Notes: generated by a model not told the origin, from the letters alone. A DNA stretch of 44,560 nt from a bacterium (GCA_040753555.1 JBFMDZ010000004.1:1-44560), one strand, 5' to 3'. Positions 1 to 8,079 are shown, numbered from the stretch's first letter. Made by a program: numbers and translations.

Positions 1-122
1 ATTTTGTCTTCTGAAATATCTTCTATCATTCTATCTATTATATATATCGGTTTTTAAGAGGGTTAAACTTTAGATTTTTTTTTTGGAAATTCAATTCCTA
101 TTGCAAGGTAGCGGAAAATGGG
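1..122 (-). mobile_element. Left end of an IS1634-like insertion sequence; the transposase start (ATG at 29, MIEDISEDKI...) runs off the left edge of the window
   Basis: The reverse complement of 1-122 matches 2630-2752 almost exactly. The longer copy continues into KTIGSLVILK..VLDKMNIAEIIDNICPADKQQIVS, which resembles the IS1634/DUF4277 N-terminus. The terminus reads CCCATTTTCCGC and interrupts the GyrI-like gene. Confidence 0.6.
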
Positions 123-697
123 AATTTCTCATTTGACACTTTTCTTGGGTCAGAAAGATAAATTTCGTGATGAAATCCATTATAAACAAGATTCTTTTCT
201 TCCATAAGTTTATACATCTTTGCCAGTGATTCAGGCTCAGTGGAATAAGGACCAATATGCAAGATTTGCACACATTTGCCTTCTTTCATCCTCTCAAATT
301 TAATTTCATTTACTAATTCTATTTTTTTCTTCTTTATAACCTCTTTTTTAGCTTTTTCAACGATTTCAGAACTTATGAATTCAGGCTGACGAAGGAGGAG
401 TTTCCACCTCCATTCTTCACGAGGAACCTTTGTGTACAGTTTATCAGAATCTACCCACCATAATCCCTCAAGCTTTGCAACAGTAAAATCCCTTCTCCCT
501 TTTTTCAAAAGCATTTTTACACCATAAGAAAGGGAGTATAAAGCACTGATTTTATCTTGAAACTCATCGCCATCAGGAGAGCCCTTTCCTTCTATTATAA
601 GGAATTTTCCCTCTTCAATCTCCACAATTTCAGGGGTTGTTTTTGCGGTATAATATGCTCTATATTCCTTTGCTAAATCAATCTTTATTTCTTCCAT
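98..697 (-). CDS. GyrI-like small-molecule-binding domain protein, C-terminus replaced by IS-derived sequence
   Basis: Motifs KLEGLWW, WKLLLRQP, QILHIGPYSTE and HHEIYLSDPRK. AGGAGG SD before the ATG at 697. The last residues (PFSATLQ*) come from the IS end. Confidence 0.8.
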   Translation of the reverse strand: MEEIKIDLAKEYRAYYTAKTTPEIVEIEEGKFLIIEGKGSPDGDEFQDKISALYSLSYGVKMLLKKGRRDFTVAKLEGLWWVDSDKLYTKVPREEWRWKLLLRQPEFISSEIVEKAKKEVIKKKKIELVNEIKFERMKEGKCVQILHIGPYSTEPESLAKMYKLMEEKNLVYNGFHHEIYLSDPRKVSNEKFPFSATLQ

Positions 698-701
698 ACT
701 T

Positions 702-1613
702 TTATTCCTCCTTCTCAATAATATTACAAACCCTTCCCTTTATCTGCTTTATTTTAATTAAACCAAAGGGCTTTTTGCAAGATAAATCAAGGGGTGTAAC
801 AAGAAAGCCATTCTTTGTCTCCTCTTTTATCTTTCCAATATATTCTTTGCATTCACCGATAACCCAGGAATGAACGGGTAAGCCTTCATCAACAAATGCC
901 AGACAAATAGAGAATGGCTTTTTGTTTATATCTTCTTCTTTTACAAATATAACAGTTTCACCTATTTCAGGCTTTCTAAATTTATATGTTATTTTATCCT
1001 TTGTAATGCTACAATAATAATATTTACCAAGTGTTCCCATTCCCTCAATCTTTGAGAAATTATCATAGCTTTGAAAGAAAAATGTCTCATTACAGGAGAC
1101 AAAGATGCTTTCAAAAATGCTTGCTGGACAGAAGAAGATGAACAAGACAATAAAAACCCTCTTCAGGGTAAATTTATAGATAACCCTGATTGCAATAATT
1201 AGTAGGGCTATTGCCCAAATAAGCGTAGCAATACAAAAAATAGCTGCAAAGATATAGAATATAGGCTTTCCCCTACATCCAATATAAATAAGGGGAAATA
1301 TAATGAGGGAAAGAAAACAAGGCACACAAGTATATCCCCAAACAGACAAAAGACCCCTTAATCTTCCCTCAAGGCTATATCTTCTGCTTATAAAATGAAT
1401 AATAAATGAATAAAGGAAGAATCCAATTGGAATAGTCACAAGAAATGGGACTTGGGTAATAATTTCTGTCTCCTCTAATGGAAAGGGAAGGATTATCCAT
1501 AGCGTCTCTGTTAGAAGATAGATAATAAATGAGGTAAGTATAGCCCCCTTTTCACTTATTCCCTCAAATGCCTCATCTGGCTTAAAAATTACATTTTTAA
1601 TTTCTCTTACCAT
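702..1613 (-). CDS. Yip1 (YIP1)-family membrane protein with a C-terminal domain resembling a degenerate signal peptidase I (S26) fold
   Basis: N-terminal IFKPDEAFE plus about 5-6 TM helices, with the Yip1-type LLSVWGYTCVP. C-terminal FRKPEIGETVIF and FGLIKIKQIKGRV. Confidence 0.6.
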   Translation of the reverse strand: MVREIKNVIFKPDEAFEGISEKGAILTSFIIYLLTETLWIILPFPLEETEIITQVPFLVTIPIGFFLYSFIIHFISRRYSLEGRLRGLLSVWGYTCVPCFLSLIIFPLIYIGCRGKPIFYIFAAIFCIATLIWAIALLIIAIRVIYKFTLKRVFIVLFIFFCPASIFESIFVSCNETFFFQSYDNFSKIEGMGTLGKYYYCSITKDKITYKFRKPEIGETVIFVKEEDINKKPFSICLAFVDEGLPVHSWVIGECKEYIGKIKEETKNGFLVTPLDLSCKKPFGLIKIKQIKGRVCNIIEKEE

Positions 1614-1630
1614 TTTAATAATTTTTACCT

Positions 1631-1658
1631 TAATTTTGATTTTTGCATTTTGATTTTA
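1631..1658. repeat. Degenerate 7-mer tandem micro-array (TAATTTT GATTTTT GCATTTT GATTTTA)
   Basis: Period-7 pattern read directly at the gene junction. Confidence 0.55.
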
Positions 1659-1886
1659 TAACATTAGACCCATTATTTTTGGCAAATATTCGAAAATATC
1701 GTATAGCTTAAGCATTGAAAAAACCCTAATGCTTACAATCCCAAATATAAATGAGGCAATTGATAATTCAAAAAAAGGCTCTTTCCAGAAGAGGGTGAAA
1801 AACTCATCCTTTACTGATGGCTTTTTAGATTTTTCAATTTTTTCAGAAAGCCTTATCCAATATTCTAAAAAATCCCTATCTTCCAT
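1656..1886 (-). CDS. Small single-TM protein, candidate anti-sigma factor
   Basis: 76 aa, overlaps the 3' end of the ECF sigma gene, and has one hydrophobic segment (FFELSIASFIFGIVSIRVF). Confidence 0.5.
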   Translation of the reverse strand: MEDRDFLEYWIRLSEKIEKSKKPSVKDEFFTLFWKEPFFELSIASFIFGIVSIRVFSMLKLYDIFEYLPKIMGLML

Positions 1887-2400
1887 TTTTTAATTTTTCC
1901 TTTAAAATCTTTCTTCCCATATTGAGCCGAGACATTACAGTGCCAATTGGGCAATCAAGGATTTTTGCTATTTCCTTATAAGAAAATCCCTCTATATCCT
2001 TTAAAACAATACACATTCTATATGGCTCCTTTAGAGTATTTATTGCATCTTTTATTTCGTCAACCTGAAATTTTTCCTCCAAATCACAAGGGACAGGTAT
2101 TTCCAATTCCTCTTTATCCCATAGGGGAAATTTTTTCTTTGTCCTTTCTAAATAATTCTTTGATAGATTTACAACAATCCTATAAAGCCATGTTGAAAAT
2201 GATGATTCAAACCTAAAGTTAGAAATAGAGCGAAGAACCTTTATAAATGCCTCCTGCGATATATCCTTTGCCTCCTCATAATCACCAATTATTCTATAGG
2301 AAACCATCCAAGCCCTCTTCCAATGCCTCTTAACCAATTCCTCAAAGCAATTATTCTCTCCATCAAGATAGCGTTTTATCAAGGAGAAATCATCTTCCAT
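1876..2400 (-). CDS. ECF (sigma-70 group 4) RNA polymerase sigma factor
   Basis: Region 2 AKDISQEAFIKV..FRFESSFSTWLYRIVVN and region 4 SYKEIAKILDCPIGTVMSRL. Confidence 0.95.
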   Translation of the reverse strand: MEDDFSLIKRYLDGENNCFEELVKRHWKRAWMVSYRIIGDYEEAKDISQEAFIKVLRSISNFRFESSFSTWLYRIVVNLSKNYLERTKKKFPLWDKEELEIPVPCDLEEKFQVDEIKDAINTLKEPYRMCIVLKDIEGFSYKEIAKILDCPIGTVMSRLNMGRKILKEKLKNGR

Positions 2401-2406
2401 TTAAAA

Positions 2407-2435
2407 TAAGACACATCTTTTGCTAAAAATATTCG
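2407..2435 (-). promoter_or_regulatory. Candidate ECF-type autoregulatory promoter (CGAATAT-16-GTCTTA), -10 box 6 nt before the sigma ATG
   Basis: Resembles the GGAACTT-16-GTCT RpoE-type consensus. No SD upstream of the ATG at 2400. Confidence 0.4.
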
Positions 2436-2594
2436 ATATTTGCATGCATTTGACTCTTTTCTTCATAATATTGTTTATTTTGTCTTAAGCCATCTATACA
2501 AAATTATACAAACTCATTTTAAGTTTTCTCATCGCTTTTCTTTAATTAGCTGAATACATACAGATTGGTTTTATTTTCAAACTCAAAAACCCAT

Positions 2595-2623
2595 TTGCAA
2601 GATTTAATGTAATGTGCTAAACT
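2595..2623 (+). promoter_or_regulatory. Candidate sigma70 promoter TTGCAA-17-TAAACT with extended -10 TG
   Basis: Hexamers and spacing read directly. The predicted +1 falls at about 2630, the IS terminus. Confidence 0.45.
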
Positions 2624-2629
2624 TTAATT

Positions 2630-2877
2630 CTCATTTTCCGCTCTTATTTACAATAGGAATTGAATTTCCAAAAAAAATCTAAAGTTTAACCCTCTTAAAA
2701 ACCGATATATATAATAGATAGAATGATAGAAGATATTTTAAGAAGACAAAATCAAGTTTTTCTCCAAAACAATTGGCTCTTTAGTCATTCTTAAGATAAG
2801 TTCTTGATAAGATGAATATTGCAGAGATTATTGATAATATTTGTCCAGCAGATAAACAACAAATAGTAAGTCAATGA
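2630..2877 (+). pseudogene. Truncated, frameshifted IS1634-like left end and transposase 5' remnant
   Basis: Inverted copy of 1-122. ATG at 2723 with an extra base (TTAAGAAGAC versus TCAGAAGAC in the other copy) and a second frameshift. Homology appears to stop at the permease start codon. Confidence 0.6.
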
Positions 2878-3875
2878 TTAAGAAATTTTTTGTTTTGATA
2901 TTTGTAGGCTTAATAGCAATTCTTCTAATAACCCTCATTTCTTTGTGTATTGGCTCATATTCCATTTCTTTAAATAAAATTATTCAAGTAATCCTTGACG
3001 GAAAAAGGACAACAGAACATACAATTCTCTTTGATATAAGGCTTCCAAGAGTAATTCTAGGGTTTGCTATAGGTTCGTCATTAGCCTTATCAGGTGCAAT
3101 TCTTCAGGGATTATTTCGTAATCCCCTAGTTGAGCCATATACATTGGGCATATCTGGAGGTTCTGCTTTGGCTGTTTGTTTAAGTATTGTTCTTTCCTTA
3201 AGCCTTCCCCTTCCATTAAGCGGATTTCTTGGAGCTAGCTTTATTATCTTTATTCTTTATTTTTTATCAGCAAGAAACAGAATAGTAAGCCTTCCCTCCC
3301 TTCTGCTTCTTGGTGTAATGATAAGCTTTATATCAGGGGGTCTAATTATGCTTATTATGGCCATATCAAAGCATGAAGACCTGCAAGGGATTATCTTTTG
3401 GATAATGGGCTCATTAGAGGAGCCAAACTGGTCTTTTATTAACCTTGCCTTATTTTCCTCAATAATAGGGCTTTTTATCTCATTTTTCTTTTCGCAATCC
3501 CTTAATGCCTTTTGCCTTGGTGAGGAGAAGGCATTAAATCTGGGTATAGATACAGAGAAGACAAAAAAGGTTCTCTTTCTTATATCATCCCTTCTTGTAG
3601 GATTTTCTGTCTCTGTTTCTGGGATAATTGGGTTTGTTGGTTTGGTTGTTCCTCATATAGCCAGGTTTATATTGGGATGGGATTATAGATTTCTTCTTAT
3701 CTCATCCTGGCTTTTGGGTGGAGGATTTCTTATCCTTTGCGATACAATAGCAAGGACAATCATTGCTCCATACCAGCTACCTGTTGGCGTAATTACAGGC
3801 ATAATTGGAGGTCTTTTATTTAGCTATTTTTTAATAAGAAATGATAAAGGTAGAGGGCATTTTTTGTGGTTATAA
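2874..3875 (+). CDS. FecCD/BtuC-family ABC transporter permease (cobalamin or iron chelate)
   Basis: IRLPRVILG, LQGLFRNPLVEPYTLGISGG, GIIGFVGLVVPH and LPVGVITG. Confidence 0.93.
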   Translation: MIKKFFVLIFVGLIAILLITLISLCIGSYSISLNKIIQVILDGKRTTEHTILFDIRLPRVILGFAIGSSLALSGAILQGLFRNPLVEPYTLGISGGSALAVCLSIVLSLSLPLPLSGFLGASFIIFILYFLSARNRIVSLPSLLLLGVMISFISGGLIMLIMAISKHEDLQGIIFWIMGSLEEPNWSFINLALFSSIIGLFISFFFSQSLNAFCLGEEKALNLGIDTEKTKKVLFLISSLLVGFSVSVSGIIGFVGLVVPHIARFILGWDYRFLLISSWLLGGGFLILCDTIARTIIAPYQLPVGVITGIIGGLLFSYFLIRNDKGRGHFLWL

Positions 3876-4608
3876 TGAATTTTCCCTTTCTGATATAAGC
3901 TTTAATGTAGAAAGAGGTGAGATTTTTGGAATAATTGGGCCAAATGGAAGTGGAAAGACAACCCTTTTAAGGGCTATAAGTAAGGTAATCCCATTAAAGA
4001 AGGGTAGGGTGGTATTTGAAGAAAAAGATATTAGAAAAATGGGATTTAAAGAATTTGCAAAAATGACAGGGGTAGTTTCCCAGATTGAGGAGATTGCCTT
4101 TGATATGAGGGTAGAAGACCTTGTTATGCTAGGAAGGATTCCACATCAAAGGTTTCTCTTTACAACAAAGAAAGATACAGAGGTTATAGAAAAATCAATG
4201 GAAATAACAGGGATAATGGATAAAAGAAAAAAGTATATCAGCAAATTAAGTGGAGGAGAGAGGCAACTTGTCTTTATTAGCAGGGCTTTGGCTTCTTGTC
4301 CAAGGATTCTTCTATTGGATGAGCCTACAACCCATCTTGATATAACCCATCAAATAGAAGTTTTAAACCTTGTAAGAAAATTAAACAAGGAGATGTTCCT
4401 TACAGTAATCATTGTCTTGCATGACCTAAATCTAGCATCTGAATATTGCGATAGGCTCATTTTGCTTTCAGGGGGAAAAATTTATAACATTGGAAGCCCT
4501 GAAGAGGTCTTAACATATCAAGCAATAGAGGATGTATATAAAACAAGGGTAATAGTAAGAGAAAACCCAATGAGCCACAAGCCTTATGTATTTCTGGTGT
4601 CAAAGTAA
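3841..4608 (+). CDS. ABC transporter ATP-binding protein (BtuD/FepC-like)
   Basis: Walker A GPNGSGKT, signature LSGGERQ, Walker B LLLDEPT and VLHDLNLA. Confidence 0.95.
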   Translation: MIKVEGIFCGYNEFSLSDISFNVERGEIFGIIGPNGSGKTTLLRAISKVIPLKKGRVVFEEKDIRKMGFKEFAKMTGVVSQIEEIAFDMRVEDLVMLGRIPHQRFLFTTKKDTEVIEKSMEITGIMDKRKKYISKLSGGERQLVFISRALASCPRILLLDEPTTHLDITHQIEVLNLVRKLNKEMFLTVIIVLHDLNLASEYCDRLILLSGGKIYNIGSPEEVLTYQAIEDVYKTRVIVRENPMSHKPYVFLVSK

Positions 4609-4641
4609 AATAAGGGTCAAACCTTATCCATCAATCTTTCC

Positions 4642-4671
4642 TTGCAAAATGGGATGGAATTAAGATATAAT
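4642..4671 (+). promoter_or_regulatory. Candidate sigma70 promoter TTGCAA-18-TATAAT
   Basis: Lies in the intergenic gap upstream of the histidine kinase gene. Confidence 0.45.
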
Positions 4672-4724
4672 TTTTTTAGATAAATAGAGATAAACCTAAT
4701 CAACCATTTACGAAAATAGTATAA

Positions 4725-6341
4725 ATGAAACTTTCTGATATAGGCTTGTGGTTGGTGGAAGAGGCAAGAAAAAAGCTAAAATGTTCCCTTGCCTCGGTTA
4801 TGGTGCTTGATGAAGAAGAAAAAGAGCTTGTGATTATTGCCTCTATTGGTCTTCCCCAAAATATAGTAAAGAGAACAAGAGAGGGTATTGGAGAGGGAAT
4901 AGCAGGTTATGTTGCAAAAACAGGAGAACCCCTCTTTATTGAGGATATAGAACAGGATGTAAGGTTTTTAAGGAAATCAAAGAAAAGATACTGGACAAAG
5001 TCCCTTATCTCCTGCCCCATTAAGCACAATAATTTTCTATTTGGTGTGTTAAATGTGAATAACAAGGTTGATAAAAGTGATTTCACACAAGATGATTTAA
5101 AAAGAATAGAAGCATTAGCAAATGCCGCATCAATTAAATTCTCCTTTGCAAACCTAGAAGATATAAAGAAAAAGGTAAATGATTTTAAAACCCTTGTTTC
5201 ATTCTCAAGGAATATAATGGCATCTTCCTATATTTCTCAGATTGTAAACTATACACATGATGCTTTATCAAAATTATTAAATCCTGAAATTATCGCAATT
5301 ACCATTATTCCACAAAAAAAGATATATCTAGCTACCTCAAGAAGGATAGAAGAGGCAAAGCTTATGGAATTTCTTTCTCACAAATTCTCTTTGTTTGCCC
5401 CCTCTATACCCAATCTTTTTAACTTTACCTGGGAAATAAAAAGGCTTGATGCAAAACCTTCAAGGAAAAGCTTTAAATCCCTTCTTTCATCCTCAATAAG
5501 CCTTCCTATCATTATCAATGATTATGAATTTGGGCTTTTATCTATAGCCAGGGAATCCCCATTTTTAAAGGAAAATATCAAATTATTTTCTACCATTCTA
5601 AATTACCTATCCATTGTTTTTGGTAAAATTGCACTTACAGAAGACCTTACTGATTCCCTCAAAAAGACAAAGGAAGAGCTTATTCATCAAGAAAGGATGG
5701 CTGCAGTAGGAAAGATTACAGAAAAGATAGCCCATGACTTAAGGAATCCATTAACTATTGTTTTGCTTTCAACGATGTTTGCAAAGAAGGCTGTAAAAGA
5801 TGATAAGGTTCTTGAGACATTAAATAAAGTGGAGAGAGCAGGCTTTATTATGGAAAAGCTGGTTGAGGGTATATCCAGTTTTGCAAAGGAGATAAAGATA
5901 AAGAAGGAGAATGTAAGTATTACAAAGACAATTGAAGACTCTCTCTTTCTTGTTGAGGATAAGCTTTCTAACATAGAGAAAACGATAGATATAGCATACG
6001 ATGAACCAATCCTTGCTGACCCTAAGAAACTTGAAGAGGTATTTACAAATATCATCCAAAATGCCATTCAATCTATGGAGGGAAAAGGGATCTTGGGAAT
6101 AAAGGTAGAAAAAGAGGGAGATTTTGTAAGGATAGATATCTCTGATACAGGCCCTGGAATTGCCCCTGAAATAAAGGACAAGATATTTTCCACATTCTTT
6201 ACCACAAAGCCAAAAGGTTTAGGATTGGGTCTTTCCATTGTAAATGAGATAGTAGAAAAGCATTCGGGAAGGATTGAATTAGAATCAGAGCTTGGCAAAG
6301 GTTCTTGCTTTAAGATATTTCTTCCGATATATAGCAAATAA
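4725..6341 (+). CDS. Cytoplasmic GAF-domain sensor histidine kinase
   Basis: GAF motif GEGIAGYVAKTGEPL..SLISCPI..GVLNV, H-box IAHDLRNPL, N-box NIIQNA, G1 DTGPGI and G2 GLGLGLSIV. Confidence 0.92.
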   Translation: MKLSDIGLWLVEEARKKLKCSLASVMVLDEEEKELVIIASIGLPQNIVKRTREGIGEGIAGYVAKTGEPLFIEDIEQDVRFLRKSKKRYWTKSLISCPIKHNNFLFGVLNVNNKVDKSDFTQDDLKRIEALANAASIKFSFANLEDIKKKVNDFKTLVSFSRNIMASSYISQIVNYTHDALSKLLNPEIIAITIIPQKKIYLATSRRIEEAKLMEFLSHKFSLFAPSIPNLFNFTWEIKRLDAKPSRKSFKSLLSSSISLPIIINDYEFGLLSIARESPFLKENIKLFSTILNYLSIVFGKIALTEDLTDSLKKTKEELIHQERMAAVGKITEKIAHDLRNPLTIVLLSTMFAKKAVKDDKVLETLNKVERAGFIMEKLVEGISSFAKEIKIKKENVSITKTIEDSLFLVEDKLSNIEKTIDIAYDEPILADPKKLEEVFTNIIQNAIQSMEGKGILGIKVEKEGDFVRIDISDTGPGIAPEIKDKIFSTFFTTKPKGLGLGLSIVNEIVEKHSGRIELESELGKGSCFKIFLPIYSK

Positions 6342-6360
6342 ATTTTAATATAAAATATCA

Positions 6361-6876
6361 ATGCTTCAGGTCTATACAGGTGATGGAAAGGGAAAGACTA
6401 CATCTGCTTGTGGACTTGCAATAAGGGCAATAGGGCAGGGTATGAGGGTATGCTATATCCATTTTCATAAAGACCCCGAAAAATATGGCTACGGAGAGAT
6501 AATGGTATTGGAAAAATTGGGTGTGGATATTTATGGCTTCGCAAAAAAGCACCCATACTTTGATAAAGATGTGAAAAATAAGGAGATACGCAATGAATGT
6601 TTAAGTGGTTTAGAATTTGTAAAAAAGCTTTATCAAGAGAATAAATATGATGTGCTTATTTTAGATGAGATAATTGTCTCTTTAAGGGATGGATTTATAA
6701 AAGAGGCAGAATTTTTAGAAATATTGGAGAAAAAGCCAGAAAATTTAGAGCTTGTCCTTACAGGAAGGGACTTTCCAGAAAACCTAATTGAAAATGTAGA
6801 CCTAGTTAGTGAGATAAAAAACATAAAACATCCCTTTGATAAAGGAATAAAAGGAAGAAAAGGGATTGAATTTTAA
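6361..6876 (+). CDS. cobO: Cob(I)yrinic acid a,c-diamide / cob(I)alamin adenosyltransferase (CobO/BtuR)
   Basis: QVYTGDGKGKTT, LILDE, ELVLTGR, DLVSEI and KHPFDKGIKGRKGIEF. Confidence 0.93.
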   Translation: MLQVYTGDGKGKTTSACGLAIRAIGQGMRVCYIHFHKDPEKYGYGEIMVLEKLGVDIYGFAKKHPYFDKDVKNKEIRNECLSGLEFVKKLYQENKYDVLILDEIIVSLRDGFIKEAEFLEILEKKPENLELVLTGRDFPENLIENVDLVSEIKNIKHPFDKGIKGRKGIEF

Positions 6877-6880
6877 AGAA

Positions 6881-6912
6881 GGCACAAAGTGGCAAAGACG
6901 CAGAGGTACAGA
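6881..6912. repeat. Degenerate 8-mer tandem micro-array (GGCACAAA GTGGCAAA GACGCAGA GGTACAGA)
   Basis: Period-8 pattern immediately after the cobO stop codon. Confidence 0.5.
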
Positions 6913-6949
6913 CTTTTAATGGTTTTTTATTTGTATTGTATTTCCTCCA

Positions 6950-6977
6950 AGTTCACATAATGTTTATTATCCGAACA
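6950..6977. other. dif-like (Xer tyrosine recombinase) site AGTTCACATAA-TGTTTA-TTATCCGAACA
   Basis: 11-6-11 layout with an ATAA-N6-TTAT core and palindromic GTTC/GAAC arms. The left arm and spacer resemble E. coli dif (GGTGCGCATAA TGTATA TTATGTTAAAT). Confidence 0.5.
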
Positions 6978-6988
6978 TAAATTATGGC

Positions 6989-7036
6989 TAAAATTTAGAA
7001 CTTTGGAACTTCTAAACTTAAGAACTTTAGAATTAG
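6989..7036. repeat. Degenerate 8-mer array (RRAACTTY type), about 6 units
   Basis: TAAAATTT AGAACTTT GGAACTTC TAAACTTA AGAACTTT AGAATTAG. Confidence 0.7.
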
Positions 7037-7039
7037 AAT

Positions 7040-8032
7040 ATGTATTTTTATATCCAATGGCACATTACCGACAGATGTAATCTTCGCTGTCTACATTGCT
7101 ATCAAGAGCAATTTAGCGCTTCAAATGAATTGCCTTTCTCAAAGTTAAAGTTAATCTCTGATAATCTAATTTCTAGCTCAAAACTTTGGAATAAAGGCTT
7201 AAAAATTGCCCTAACAGGTGGAGAGCCCCTCCTTAAACCAGAATTATGGGCTTTGGTTGATTACCTTAAGTCTTTTAATACAAACTTAAACCTCATTAGC
7301 AATGGTACCCTGGTAAGTAAATATATTTCAGACATTAAGCATAGTGGATTAAAAGAGTTTTATATTTCCTTGGATGGAATTACAAAAGAAAGCAATGATA
7401 GTATTCGTGGCAAGGGTTCATTCAAAAAGGCAATTGAGGGGATTGAAGCACTAAAGTCACAAAGTTTCTCGGTGGTGATTATGTTCACCCTGCTTAAGCG
7501 TAATCTCCCAGAGGCAATGGAATTATTTGGTTTTGCTAAGGAACTTGGGATTGATGGATATATTATTGAGCGATTTTTCCCTTTAGGCCAGGGAAAAAAA
7601 TATCTTAAAGAAGTGGTTTCAGGAAAAGAACTAAACAGCCTCTATCAACATATTTTTAAACAGGTTGGTGAAATATATGTGCCTTCTGAAATGGTCAAAT
7701 ATCGGGCTATTCGTGTAGAATTTGATAATAAAATCCAATTATATGGGGCAGAATGTATTGCTGGTAGGGATGGTCTGGCAATCCTTCCTGATGGCACTGC
7801 CCTACCCTGCCGAAGGTTTAACCTAACTGTTGGTAATCTTTTAGAAAAGCCTTTAACTGAGATCTTTGAAAAATCAGAGGTGTTAAGAAAGATTGTAGAC
7901 AAAAAGAATTTTAAGGGTATATGCAATGAGAAAAAATGCAAGATTCCTGATTGCTATGGCTGTCGGGCAATGACTTTAGCAATTAGCGGTGATTATTTAG
8001 CTCCTGACCCCCATTGCTGGGTTTATATGTAA
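7040..8032 (+). CDS. Radical SAM/SPASM-domain protein
   Basis: CNLRCLHC (CxxxCxxC), LTGGEPLL, ISLDG, and a SPASM cysteine array CIAG..LPC..C..C..CYGCRA..DPHC. Confidence 0.93.
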   Translation: MYFYIQWHITDRCNLRCLHCYQEQFSASNELPFSKLKLISDNLISSSKLWNKGLKIALTGGEPLLKPELWALVDYLKSFNTNLNLISNGTLVSKYISDIKHSGLKEFYISLDGITKESNDSIRGKGSFKKAIEGIEALKSQSFSVVIMFTLLKRNLPEAMELFGFAKELGIDGYIIERFFPLGQGKKYLKEVVSGKELNSLYQHIFKQVGEIYVPSEMVKYRAIRVEFDNKIQLYGAECIAGRDGLAILPDGTALPCRRFNLTVGNLLEKPLTEIFEKSEVLRKIVDKKNFKGICNEKKCKIPDCYGCRAMTLAISGDYLAPDPHCWVYM

Positions 8033-8060
8033 TTTGAATATTTTAATATATAATGAATAG

Positions 8061-8079
8061 TTACAAATATTATTTGTAA
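8061..8079. other. Perfect 9-1-9 palindrome TTACAAATA-T-TATTTGTAA
   Basis: Read directly; function unknown (operator or hairpin). Confidence 0.4.

Noticed and set aside
2458-2485. Second dif-like site (ATAA-TATTGT-TTAT)
   Set aside because: The outer arms are neither palindromic nor dif-like, and the inner motif is expected by chance in AT-rich DNA.
2401-2873. Cobalamin riboswitch upstream of the BtuC-like permease
   Set aside because: No B12-box-like conserved motifs were recognised. The region is very AT-rich and its 3' half is IS-derived.
1-2877. Intact composite transposon carrying the ECF module
   Set aside because: Both visible ends are left ends facing the cargo, and the right copy has lost its transposase body and outer end. 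Mobilisation as a classical composite is unsupported.
5687-6361. Antisense ORFs over the kinase (5687-6067, 5820-6071, 6068-6361) and similar shadow ORFs over proA, purA, glmS, pgk, gap, the RM gene and others
   Set aside because: They lie opposite or out of frame to well-supported genes, have no recognisable motifs or start signals, and show typical reverse-frame composition.
6877-7039. RiPP precursor peptide for the SPASM enzyme (e.g. MVFLFVLYFLQVHIMFIIRT, or MKFKTSKLQKLGTS downstream)
   Set aside because: The tiny ORFs lack SD, leader/core structure or Cys/aromatic motifs, and they overlap the dif-like site or the repeat arrays.
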